Positions 15,280 through 24,908 of a stretch of 64,000 bases of DNA are shown here, piece after piece. Position 1 is the first letter of the stretch, and each line of letters begins with the position of its first letter. The translations under genes were made by a program, and so were the position numbers. A model generated the notes under the pieces. That model did no database searches. It worked only from the letters and a program-made list of their open reading frames with translations, and had not been told where the DNA came from. The stretch comes from Mizuhopecten yessoensis (taxonomy: Eukaryota): the NCBI RefSeq assembly GCF_002113885.1, contig NW_018480059.1:302295-366294 (forward strand), written 5' to 3'.

Positions 15280-15473
15280 TAAAACAATAAAAAGAATATG
15301 TTTTATTTTCAGATATTGCATTGTGGAATGTAGCATACTTAGTGGCAGGCATTGACATCTTTCTGAGAGCAAAGAGCTGGAGTCGGTAAGTGTGAATTAA
15401 AGTATATTTTAAGGCATGTTGGAAAGTAAAGCTGCCATGGTTTTGATTGTAAACATGTTCATGGTGTTTATTT

Positions 15474-16446
15474 AGACAGTATCTAACAGATCGAGTACTC
15501 ACATCAGCCTAATGGGAGAGCAGACAGTATCTAACAGATCTAGTACTCACATCAGCCTGATGGGAGATCAGACAAACAGATCGAGTACTGACATCAGCCT
15601 AATAGGAGGTCAGACAGTATCTAACAGATCAAGTCCTCACATCAGCCTAATGGGTTATCAGACAGTATCAAACAGATAGAGTACTCACATCAGCATAATG
15701 GGAGATCAGATAGGATCTGACAGATCAAATACGCACATCCGCCTAATGGGAGATCAGACTGTATCTAACAGATCAAGGACTCACATCAGCCTAATAGGAG
15801 ATCAGACAGTATCAAACAGATAGAGTACTCACATCAGCCCAATGGGATATCAGACAGTATCTAACAGATCTAGTACTCACATCAGCATAATGGGAGATCA
15901 GATAGTATCTGACATATCAAATACTCACATCAGCCCAATGGGATATCAGACAGTATCTAACAGATCAAGTACTCACATCAGCCTAATGGGAGATCAGACA
16001 GTATCTTACAGATCGAGTTCTCACATCAGGCTTATGGGAGATCAGATAGTATCTGACAGATCAAATACTCACATCAGCCTAATGGGATATCAGACAGTAT
16101 CAAACAGATTGAGTACTCACATCAGCCTAATAGGAGATCAGACAGTATCTAACAGATCAAGTACTCACATCAGCCTAATAGGAGATCAGACAGTATCTAA
16201 CAGATCAAGTACTCACATCCGCCTAATGGGAGATCAGACAGTATCTAACAGATTGAGTACGCACATCAGCCTAATGGGAGATCTGACAGTATCTTACAGA
16301 TCGAGTTCTCACATCAGCCTAATGGGAGATCAGATAGTATCTAACAGATCAAGTACTCACATCAGCCTAATGGGAGATCAGACAGTATCTAACAGATTGA
16401 GTACTCACATCAGCCTAATGGGAGATCTGACAGTATCTAACAGATA
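15474..16446. repeat. 48-bp minisatellite, about 20 copies
   Basis: Unit AGACAGTATCTAACAGATCGAGTACTCACATCAGCCTAATGGGAGATC; it gives the 16-aa repeat ORF 15842-16600. Confidence 0.9.
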
Positions 16447-16681
16447 CATAATGATTTCACCATCACTAAATGACGGTCATTGTTTACCTGTGTTACAGAA
16501 ACATATACCTACACTACAGTACAGGTGTAACCATCAGTGTAATGACCTCCATTGTTTACCTGTTACAGTAACAGATACCTACACTACAGTACAGGTGTAA
16601 CCATCAGTGTAATGACCTCCATTGTTTACCTGTTACAGTAACAGATACCTACACTACAGGTCAGGTGTGACCATCAGTGTA

Positions 16682-16816
16682 AGTTGATGCATTTTAAGGG
16701 TCCCAATTTGTCCCTTTCGTCCCTTTTCGTCCCTTTTCGTCCCTTTCGTCCCTTTTCGTCCGATTTCTGTCCCTTTCGCCCTTTTCGTCCCTTTCGTCCC
16801 TTTTCGTCCGATTTTC
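16682..16816 (+). repeat. Left terminal inverted repeat with (TTT[T]CGTCCC)n subrepeats
   Basis: Reverse complement of the right end; 9-10-bp internal repeats. Confidence 0.9.
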
Positions 16817-19600
16817 CAAAGATTAGTCAGGCGGTTCACCATGTAAATCTTTTGTTACTGCTATATGGGAAGAACACTCATTATTGTCTGATAAAATATC
16901 TGAACGTGTTTCTAGCAAGAACGAAAGCATGTCGTAACAAAACTCACTTTTGTCATTATTGCTTGCAAGGTTTTACCCGGAAAGACATATTAGATGGACA
17001 TATAGAATATTGCTCAAAACATGATCCCCAGCACGTAAAATTACCAAACGAAAAAGAGAATGATTTGGAATTCAAAGATTTCGATAAACAACTCAAAGTA
17101 CCATTCGTAATCTATGACGATTTTGAAGCCTTTGCTCAAAGAATGGATACATGCGAACCAAATCCTGCAAATTCAAGTACTACGGCAAACATCAAATTTG
17201 AACCGTGTGGGTTTGGGTATCAAGTCGTGTGCATAAACGAAAAGTATACAAAACCACCTGTTATTTATAGAGGCTCTAATGTATCAAGGACATTTTTAGA
17301 AAACCTTATAGAAGAGGAAAACATGATAAAAACGGTATTAAATCATGTAGAACCCATGATCATGACCGATGATGACAATGCTCATAATTGTCACATATGT
17401 AATAAAACGTTTGCCACAGAAGATTTCAAAGTAAGAGATCACTGTCATTTGACTGGGAAATTCAGAGGTGCAGCACACAATGCATGCAATATTAATTTCA
17501 AGTATCTGAAATTCGTTCCAGTCATCTATCACAATTTAAAAGGATTTGATGCTCACATACTCTGTGAAAGTCTTGGATTATTCAAAGATCATGATATTAA
17601 ATGCATTCCAAACAACATGGAAAAGTATATATCATTCAGTCTTGGGAATCTAAGATTCATCGATTCGTTTGCATTCATGTCGCAAAGTTTGGAAACACTC
17701 ACAGAAAATTTGGCAAAGGAGGAATCAAAATTCAAACATTTCACAAAGGAATGTTCTAAAGTGGATTTATTACTGAGAAAGGGAGTATATCCCTATGAAT
17801 ATGTAGATAGTCCCGACAAATTTTTGGAAAATCAACTCCCTTCACATGAAATTTGTTATAGTCAACTAAGTAAATCTCACCTTTTTACTACAAGATAACG
17901 AGCATGCACAGAAAGTGTGGAAAGAAATGAAAATTCAGAATCCAGGTCAGTATCATGACCTTTATCTGAAAACGGATGTCCTATTATTAGCTGACGTATT
18001 TGGAAATTTTAGAACCATATGTCACAATTACTATGAGCTAGATCCATGTCATTACTACACAAGTCCAGGATTAGCATGGAGTGCTGCACTGAAAATGACA
18101 GGTGTGCATTTAGAATTGTTAACAGATCCGGACATGTATCTGTTCTTTGAGCAGGGGGTGCGTGGTGGTGTTTCCATGATCTCTAATAAATATGCCGCAG
18201 CCAACAATCCCTACATCCCCGAAACTTATGATTCTTCCAGACCTCATTCATACATTATGTATGCAGATTGTAACAATTTGTATGGAAAAGCAATGTCCGA
18301 ACCGTTACCTGTTGGAGAGTTTAAGTGGATGGATGACGTGAATAACTCTGACGTCACAAATGTTCCAAAGAATGGAGATTTAGGTTATGTGTTAGAGGTA
18401 GATTTAGAATATTCTGAAGAATTACATGACTCTCATTCCGATTACCCCTTGGCTCCGGAACGTAAAAAAGTCGGAGAAGACGAACTTTCTACTTACAGCA
18501 AAGGCTTATGAAAGGTTAAATCCTAGTACAAAACATACAGGTACAAAATTACATGATCGAGTGGTCACCGAAAAACTGATACCAAACTTAGAGAACAAAA
18601 CCAAATACACAGTTCACTATAGAAGTTTACAATTGTATTTGGAATTAGGAATGAAACTAACAAAGATTCATAGAGTGTTAGAGTTCAGACAACATCCATG
18701 GTTGAGACCCTATATTCAATTTAATACTTCAAAGCGGACTAAATCTAAAAACGAATTTGAAAAAGATTTCTTCAAGTTGATGAACAATGCCGTTTTTGGA
18801 AAGACGATGGAAAACGTGAGAAATAGAGTAGATATCAAGCTTGCACATACGGAGAAAAAGCTGACGAAATACTGTGCAAAACCTCATTTCAGACATTTAA
18901 GATTTTCAACGAAGATCTGACAGGTGTTGAGAATGCAAAGATAAAACTATTTTTAAACAAACCCGTTTATGGTGGACAGGCCATTCTCGATCTTTCAAAG
19001 TGTGTCATGTATGAATTTTATTACAAATACCTCAAACCTAAATATGGAGACGAGATGAAACTTTTGTTTACCGATACGGATAGCTTTTGCTATGAAATTC
19101 AAACACAGGACATCTATGCCGATATGTTGAGAGATAAACAGTATTTTGATTTTTCCAATTATCCCCCAAGCCATTTTTGCTATAGCACCACAAACAAGAA
19201 AGTACCGGGATATTTTAAAGATGAGACTAGCGGTAGACCCGTTAAAGAATTTGTCGGTCTGCGTGCCAAAATGTATAGTTTTAGTTATGCCAAGTCGGAG
19301 AGGTCAGTCGTGGGAGATTTTACCATTGTGACTAACACAATCTGTGAGAAACAAGTAGCGAAAGGTATTGCGAGAGCGACCATTAAGCGTGACTTGAGTC
19401 ACGAGATGTATAAAGAGTGCTTACTTGAAGAGAGAAATAGAATGTGTGAGATGAGCTCGATTAGGTCTGAAGGTCATAAATTACATGTATACACCATCAA
19501 CAAGTCTGGTCTCTCCGCCTTTGATGATAAACGCTATGTTTTGTCAAATGGTTGTGACACGCTTGCATATGGTGATTATAGAATCCCGTATTGTACATAG
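16684..19600 (+). pseudogene. Protein-primed family B DNA polymerase (pPolB), N-terminally truncated, three frameshifts
   Basis: ExoI VIYDDFE, ExoII HNLKGFD, RFIDSF, RKGVYPYEY, ExoIII YLKTDVLLL, RGG, motif A YADCNNLYG, motif [11 protein letters not shown], motif C FTDTDSF, KMY. EndoVII-like Zn insert CHIC...RDHCHLTGKFRGAAHNACN. Frameshifts near 17888, 18508 and 18897. Confidence 0.93.
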
Positions 19601-19682
19601 TTCATTCGCTTCTATTGTACATAAATCATGCGTTTCTATTGTATTTAATAATAACTCATTGTGTTCCTTTTTATGTATATTG

Positions 19683-19728
19683 AATAAAAACTGACAAAGG
19701 ATTGCATTGTATGTATTTATTTTTTATT
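19683..19728. terminator. Convergent polyadenylation signals between pPolB and the protease
   Basis: AATAAA on + at 19683-19688 and AATAAA on - at 19716-19721 and 19723-19728, in the AT-rich gap between convergent stop codons. Confidence 0.5.
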
Positions 19729-19805
19729 TACATTTGATACAAACATGAAAAATATTTGAGCTATGCATAAAGGTACAACAGGCTGTTAAAAAACAGCAGC
19801 ACCGC

Positions 19806-20282
19806 TTACAATTCAGCACAACATGTCTGATTAGAATGTCTGCTGTAAGACCAGCACGGAAAAGTTTTCGAAATGTATTCATATACATAATTGTCATTTT
19901 CTTCTAAGTTATTTCCGAATGGTTTGGTGATGGATTTCATGGGAATACCTCTACAACGATTCAACAGGTAATACAAACAATATTGCCCACACACTCTCGA
20001 TGTATTACTCTGCAATCGTCTATCGTTGTACGTACTTGCTTCAAAGGGGAAAACATCGGGTGGGTGTCCATAACTATCAAAAAATTCCTTCTTATCCTTA
20101 GATGCACAATAAAACGCTAACCAATGTCTTCCTGAGCTATCACTTTTGTCTGTATTGACGATATAACCAGCTGGAAATGTTTTTATTTCGCGCGGTACCT
20201 CGTCACGTGCATAAACTCCGATGACTGTTTGTCTCATAGCAGGATCACAGTCTATGATGCAACGTAACTGTGAAGTATTCAT
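19806..20282 (-). CDS. Adenain-like maturation cysteine protease (Polinton PRO), intact ORF
   Basis: NTD...GRHWLA (His), EFFDSYG (Asp), LQ (oxyanion Gln), VCGQYC (Cys). Confidence 0.9.
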   Translation of the reverse strand: MNTSQLRCIIDCDPAMRQTVIGVYARDEVPREIKTFPAGYIVNTDKSDSSGRHWLAFYCASKDKKEFFDSYGHPPDVFPFEASTYNDRRLQSNTSRVCGQYCLYYLLNRCRGIPMKSITKPFGNNLEENDNYVYEYISKTFPCWSYSRHSNQTCCAEL

Positions 20283-21588
20283 GATAACACAATGTCCCTC
20301 GCAGCGTTGATTTCGAAGTAACCAGGATATTCACAATAAATGATACTGCTGAGGTTAGTGCCGTTCCAAAGATTACCTCTAGCCTCACGTTTCCCTGTTT
20401 AAGCAAGGTAAGGTATTGATTGGTTTGGAAGCTAGGTTCCAACTCAAAGGTATAGAACGCGTATCCTTTTGCAATTTCGTCCCTCTCTATGTCGGAGCCA
20501 GAATCATTTTGCCATTTCCCCGGCGATTGTAACATGTTCCTTAGAACGGGAATGATGGTCTGACCGCCAGTACTGCCATACTTGAGTTTTAAGGGGTTTC
20601 CTCCGACTGGTATTCCATCCACATAGAGTCCGATTGATGTGACGTCGTAGGGCTGGAAAAACCACGGGTTCTGTTCATAGTCACCGGTGGTTCTTGTGGC
20701 GTTCACAAATCAGACTACCACGAGGTTTGGTCTCAGGCCTTGGAAGATATTATCATAGGTGAAATTTGTTGACCCCACAGGAATCTGTTTGACCATGGTC
20801 TGAGTAAACGGATATTTTGCATTAGTCACCTCGAGAGCCTGGCTTTGTGCATAGATGACTGCTGGGTTGACCTTGACTTTACTCACACGCAGTCGAATGT
20901 CTTCTAATGATACATTATAATCGACAGATGCGGTCCCGGAAAGGAGACAAAAACTTGGTTTGGATCTATAGAGTATCACGTTGACGTTAACCTGATTCAA
21001 TAAGTACCTATCCATCTTAAACAAATCGTGATAGAGAGGCCCGACCATATCTACCACCTTCCCACCTTCGAACATTTGAGCTCTTATCAAGAGCGCATTG
21101 TTCGAACCGGTCCTTGGGCTATGTTCGTCCATATCTCCCTCGTCGTCCTTTTCCCATAGTTGGGTAGTCAACTGGGTCGCCTTTGCTTCCTTAGAATTTT
21201 TCAATAAAGCTTGTATATAGGCCTTAAATGGATAATGGCTCGTTGTAGAAACGACAGCCTTCCCCTGTAGAGTAAAGTCCACTTGTGAAAATAACGAAGG
21301 TAAAAACAAATTGATGGGTCCCACGTTCTTATCTAAAGCGATGGCGCTTCCATCCCCTTTCGTTATTTTTACCTTTGCATAGATAAGGCTGCTGTGTAAA
21401 TCAAGCAATTCCAATCCGTTCTGTCCGGAAACGACGAATTAAACGACAGAGTCATTCGTTATCTGAGATATCGGTAACACGTCCTGATAGTAAATATTTT
21501 CTACGGCTGTCTGTGTCGGTGGACGGTCGAATACGGCTAATTCTGACGGTTGTGCTTCTCTGAAGAAATCTTTGTTTAACGCAGCCAT
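20279..21588 (-). pseudogene. Polinton major capsid protein (double jelly-roll, PY-like), about 436 codons, disrupted
   Basis: MAALNKDFFREAQPSELAVFDRPPTQTAV..., LFSQVD, YPFKAY, DRYLLNQV, GDYEQNPWFFQ, C-terminal EYPGYFEINAARDIVLS*. In-frame stops at 21439-21441 and 20710-20712; frameshift near 20333. The stop overlaps the protease start (ATGA). Confidence 0.85.
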
Positions 21589-22031
21589 TGTGATATCAGA
21601 CTTTTATTGGAGGTCCTTTTGTTCTTTTTCGTTGCTGTTCTTTTCACCTTGCTCGCTTTTCTTTTCGTCGCTTTTCGTTTACTCGCTTTTCGTTTTGGTT
21701 GCTTCTTCTACCGTGGAGTATGCACATGTCGACGTTTCCCAGCAGACTGACGACGAAGTGGAGTTCGTTTCCTTTTAATCTCAGACTTCACTTGTTCTAC
21801 GACTTGCTGAGCTGGTGAGACCATATTTACGTTCACCTCTCGTGAAGGTAAGGATTTCCCTCCCTCTTTATCGTTTTTGTCGATTGGAATCATGAATTCG
21901 TTCGAATTCTGTGTCAATCCTCCGCCAAATTGTTTCGCGTTTCGTTTTGTATTTTCTGTATAAGCGTTTTCTTTTCCTCGTGCCACGTCTTGATAATATT
22001 TCATCCATTTCCCCACGTTTGGAACGTACAT
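21576..22031 (-). pseudogene. Small basic core/DNA-condensing-like protein with a QFGGG putative protease site
   Basis: MYVPNVGKWMKYY...AKQFGGGL...VSPAQQVVEQVKSEIKRKR...; one internal TAG (21708-21710), then KKQPKRKASKRKATKRKASKVKRTATKKNKR; directly upstream of MCP. Confidence 0.6.
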
Positions 22032-22039
22032 CTTTGAAA

Positions 22040-22590
22040 CGTTCATGACTCTTTCGGCATATCCAGCTTTGATGGTGCTAGAAGAAGAGCTGAAGTGATG
22101 TATATTGTTATCCTTTGTCCATTCTTTTATCCATCTATTATAAAATTCAGATCCCGCGTCTGTTCTCAGGCGCTTGCAGAGCTGTCCCTTTACTGTGATT
22201 TTTTTTAATGCTTTTAGTACTTCTTTCCCCTGTTTGGCTTCGAGAGGTTCCACCCTTAAGAACCTACTGAATACATCAATGACTATGAGTAAAAAATCTA
22301 ATACCATCGTTATATTTAGAGATGTTTGAAACGTCAGCTAAATCTGCATCGTATTGTTCATAAGGGCCCGATACTTCGACTCTCGCTCTCTTGAATGAAC
22401 GCTTGACAGGTTTCTGTAGACTGTAATCGTCTAGACTCTGAATATACCTTCTAATCTTATGTAAACCAGGTTTTTTGAAACCTTTCGTTTTTAATACTTG
22501 GTGCACCTTTCCAGGGCTGAGAAATGCACCTCCATTCTTCAAATCGTAATAGACTCCGTCTACAAGTCGTTTCTCCTCCTCAGTCAACAT
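22040..22590 (-). pseudogene. Retroviral-like (RVE) integrase, frameshifted and C-terminally truncated
   Basis: VYYDLKNGGAFLSP..., QYDADLAD (D1), LIVIDVFSRF, RTDAGSEF (D2), KAGYAERV (E). Frameshift in the T-run near 22293; homology ends just after the catalytic Glu. Confidence 0.9.
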
Positions 22591-22649
22591 ATTCAATAAT
22601 AATGAGACAAAAATATCTACATGCAATCTTTTATTATCATTGATACATA

Positions 22650-22991
22650 TTACAATGTTTTATGAAACCAGTTTTCTAAGCGATTCATGGACACAACCAT
22701 TCTGTCGACTCTATCTTTCCAATTGTCTGTCTTCAGTTCTTTAATTCTCGATTCGGCATTGCACAATTGTGATATGAAAGCATTTCTAGCGCCTCTTTCT
22801 ATCTTTAATTGAACAGTTTCTCGAATAAAGTCACGAATCACTCTAATGTCATCCACATGAATAAATGCATCATTTATATCACATTGTCTCTCGCTTACTA
22901 TTTCTCGAACTTGGCTTGCATATGTCAGTTTCAATAAGTTGTGCATCCAGATGGATTCTAGGGAATTCTCATCAAGAAGAGCACCATTCAT
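22650..22991 (-). CDS. Unknown Polinton protein, apparent paralog of 23540-23968 without the Cys/His motif
   Basis: WMHNLLKLTYASQVREIVSE...INDAFIHVDDIRV aligns by eye with LLKNLLFLSYAYAVKSKITE...FDEALTNINHLEV. Confidence 0.5.
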   Translation of the reverse strand: MNGALLDENSLESIWMHNLLKLTYASQVREIVSERQCDINDAFIHVDDIRVIRDFIRETVQLKIERGARNAFISQLCNAESRIKELKTDNWKDRVDRMVVSMNRLENWFHKTL

Positions 22992-23265
22992 TTCGTCGAT
23001 ATTTCCTGTCAGAACTGGGTGGGTAAGGTAAAGCACAATGACGATCACGACACTCCGCAGAAAAGTTGTTATGCTTCCAATAGTTCAGTGTTTTCCCACA
23101 CTTGTAGCAGGTAACGTAATCACTGACACCTTCGTGAACAAATCCGTCACATGCTAGCTGATAAGGAGTCTGACGAAGTTTGTAAACCCACTGAGAAAAT
23201 GACAGCAGTCGATCGATACAGCTTGTCATGTGATGGTGGACTGGATATTCGGGTATAAGCTCCAT
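22972..23265 (-). CDS. BIR-domain (IAP-like) protein 2, degenerate C-terminal half
   Basis: PVHHHMTSCIDRLLSFSQW...PYQLACDGFVHEGVSDYVTCYKCGKTLNYW matches the BIR core; spacing of the final H/C ligands is atypical. Confidence 0.75.
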   Translation of the reverse strand: MELIPEYPVHHHMTSCIDRLLSFSQWVYKLRQTPYQLACDGFVHEGVSDYVTCYKCGKTLNYWKHNNFSAECRDRHCALPYPPSSDRKYRRNEWCSS

Positions 23266-23539
23266 CTATAAGTAGAATAAATAGTTACATTTCTATTATT
23301 CTTACCCATTGTGTTACGTGTTTGTCTACAATAATTCCGTCATTACACTAGTCGTTTCTCACCTCTGTCAGAGTAGTTTTCCCCATAGCACACAGATGAG
23401 GCAAATGTACCTATGACGTCACTCGTTTTCTTCAACGATTACGGAAAGCTGATCACCATCATCATCAATTTCTACATACTGATCACCATTCATAATGCAT
23501 TATACGTCAACTCTCTGTAAGTCAAATAAATAGATATGT

Positions 23540-23968
23540 CTAAACTTCACCGATTTTCTTTACGTAATCCTTTATCTTTTCGCTGTAGCTATGTTTCACG
23601 TAATTCTCATCCCTCAAACGTTCGTCTTGCATCAGACGTTGTAATGTGCCTGAAAGTATACACGACTGTATGGCAAATTCACGCCAGGTCTTTTCCACTT
23701 CTAGATGATTTATATTGGTCAATGCTTCGTCAAAATGTAAGTCTATAACAACAGCACTGGAATACATCAGACATTCATGTTCATGTTGACTACCTCGACG
23801 ATTCTTGCAGCCTAAACATACGAATAGTTCTGTTATTTTTGATTTTACAGCGTATGCATAAGAGAGAAACAACAGATTTTTCAGTAGTCTCCGATAGACT
23901 TTTTCTTCAATTTCTCCAATTAAAAAGTTTTGAAGTCTTTCGCCAAACAGATCTGTGTTTAACTCCAT
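23540..23968 (-). CDS. Unknown Polinton protein with a CLGC-x5-SQHEHEC putative Zn-binding motif
   Basis: Intact ORF of about 142 aa, co-oriented within the element; CxxC...HxC cluster. Confidence 0.6.
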   Translation of the reverse strand: MELNTDLFGERLQNFLIGEIEEKVYRRLLKNLLFLSYAYAVKSKITELFVCLGCKNRRGSQHEHECLMYSSAVVIDLHFDEALTNINHLEVEKTWREFAIQSCILSGTLQRLMQDERLRDENYVKHSYSEKIKDYVKKIGEV

Positions 23969-24051
23969 CACGAAAAAAACTCCTATATGTTCATTAAATA
24001 CGAATTACAAAGTAGAGAAGCCGTCGTAATACAAACTTACACCTCCTATGT

Positions 24052-24348
24052 TTATAAAACAAATAACATGTGTTGAAAAAGACAATCTTTCGACCACCTT
24101 ATGTGCTCTGTTTTGATATCGTCGAAATAGTTCCAATGTTTTAATGAAGCACCACACATAAAACACGTCACACAGTCTTCAATACCCGTATAGAAAAATC
24201 CGTTACTGGCAAGTTGATATGGAGAATGAGGATGATGTTTAGACCAATGTATAAACGTATCCACGCGATTGCAGCACTTACCTAACGATGGATGACGTGG
24301 TTGTATTACGTTTGTGATGTGTCGAACGCAATCAGTTTCACAGGACAT
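24052..24348 (-). CDS. Single-BIR-domain (IAP-like) protein 1, intact
   Basis: RVDTFIHW...PYQLASNGFFYTGIEDCVTCFMCGASLKHWNYFDDIKTEHIRWSKDC: full BIR consensus with C-x2-C-x16-H-x6-C. Confidence 0.9.
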   Translation of the reverse strand: MSCETDCVRHITNVIQPRHPSLGKCCNRVDTFIHWSKHHPHSPYQLASNGFFYTGIEDCVTCFMCGASLKHWNYFDDIKTEHIRWSKDCLFQHMLFVL

Positions 24349-24423
24349 TTCAACTTTCCATAAAGGAGCAAACGCACTGTAGGCTTTCGGATAAGAAAAG
24401 TAGTTTTTTAAACAAGGTTTCTG

Positions 24424-24588
24424 TCAAACATACTTTTGCCGGTCTTTGATATAAATCTTGATCTCACCTTTCACTTTCTTCACGATGAATTCTTGAGTCA
24501 ATCCTAAACGACAGACTATCTTTTTAGATGTGTCCTCACTGACAATAATGTCTTCCCTCTTGACGTGGTCGATGTGTGCCTGTGCCAT
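24424..24588 (-). CDS. Possible PC4-like ssDNA-binding protein fragment
   Basis: CRLGLTQEFIVKKVKGEIKIYIKD resembles the PC4 pattern LG-x-V-x-F-KG-x-I-x-IR; TATATAAA about 32 nt upstream of the ATG. Confidence 0.4.
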   Translation of the reverse strand: MAQAHIDHVKREDIIVSEDTSKKIVCRLGLTQEFIVKKVKGEIKIYIKDRQKYV

Positions 24589-24619
24589 GAGTCGACTGCT
24601 AGCTGGTAATAAATGCTGC

Positions 24620-24667
24620 TTTATATAGTACTTCTCACATGGCCGAAATTCATCCGTTTCGGATGAA
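24620..24667 (-). promoter_or_regulatory. Putative TATA box and 8-bp palindrome just inside the right TIR
   Basis: TATATAAA on - at 24620-24627; TTCATCCG-TTT-CGGATGAA hairpin at 24649-24667. Confidence 0.4.
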
Positions 24668-24687
24668 GGGTCGAAAGTCGTGGGGGG

Positions 24688-24908
24688 CAAAAGGGACGAA
24701 AGGGACGAAAAGGACGAAAAGGGACGAAAGGGACGAAAAGGGACGAAAAGGGACGAAAGATGGATGAGAGGGACGAAAAGGAACGAAAAGGGACGAAAGG
24801 GACGAAAATCGGACGAAAAGGGACGAAAGGGACGAAAGGGACGAAAAGGGACGAAAAGGGACGAAAGGGATGAAAGAGACGAATTGGGACCCTTAAAATT
24901 CATCTACT
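24688..24908 (-). repeat. Right terminal inverted repeat with (GGGACGAAA[A])n subrepeats
   Basis: Ends in GGGACCCTTAAAATTCATCTACT; its repeat tract is longer than the left one. Confidence 0.9.

Larger units (their letters stand above)
16682..24908. mobile_element. Polinton/Maverick (adintovirus-like) endogenous element, 8227 bp, internally deleted
   Basis: Left end AGTTGATGCATTTTAAGGGTCCCAATT; right end (reverse complement) AGTAGATGAATTTTAAGGGTCCCAATT. 6-bp TSD AGTGTA at 16676-16681 and 24909-24914. Contains pPolB, cysteine protease, MCP and RVE integrase. Confidence 0.95.

Noticed and set aside
14706-16600. Long repetitive ORFs (14706-15290, 14789-15502, 15842-16600)
   Set aside because: By-products of minisatellites with unit lengths divisible by 3
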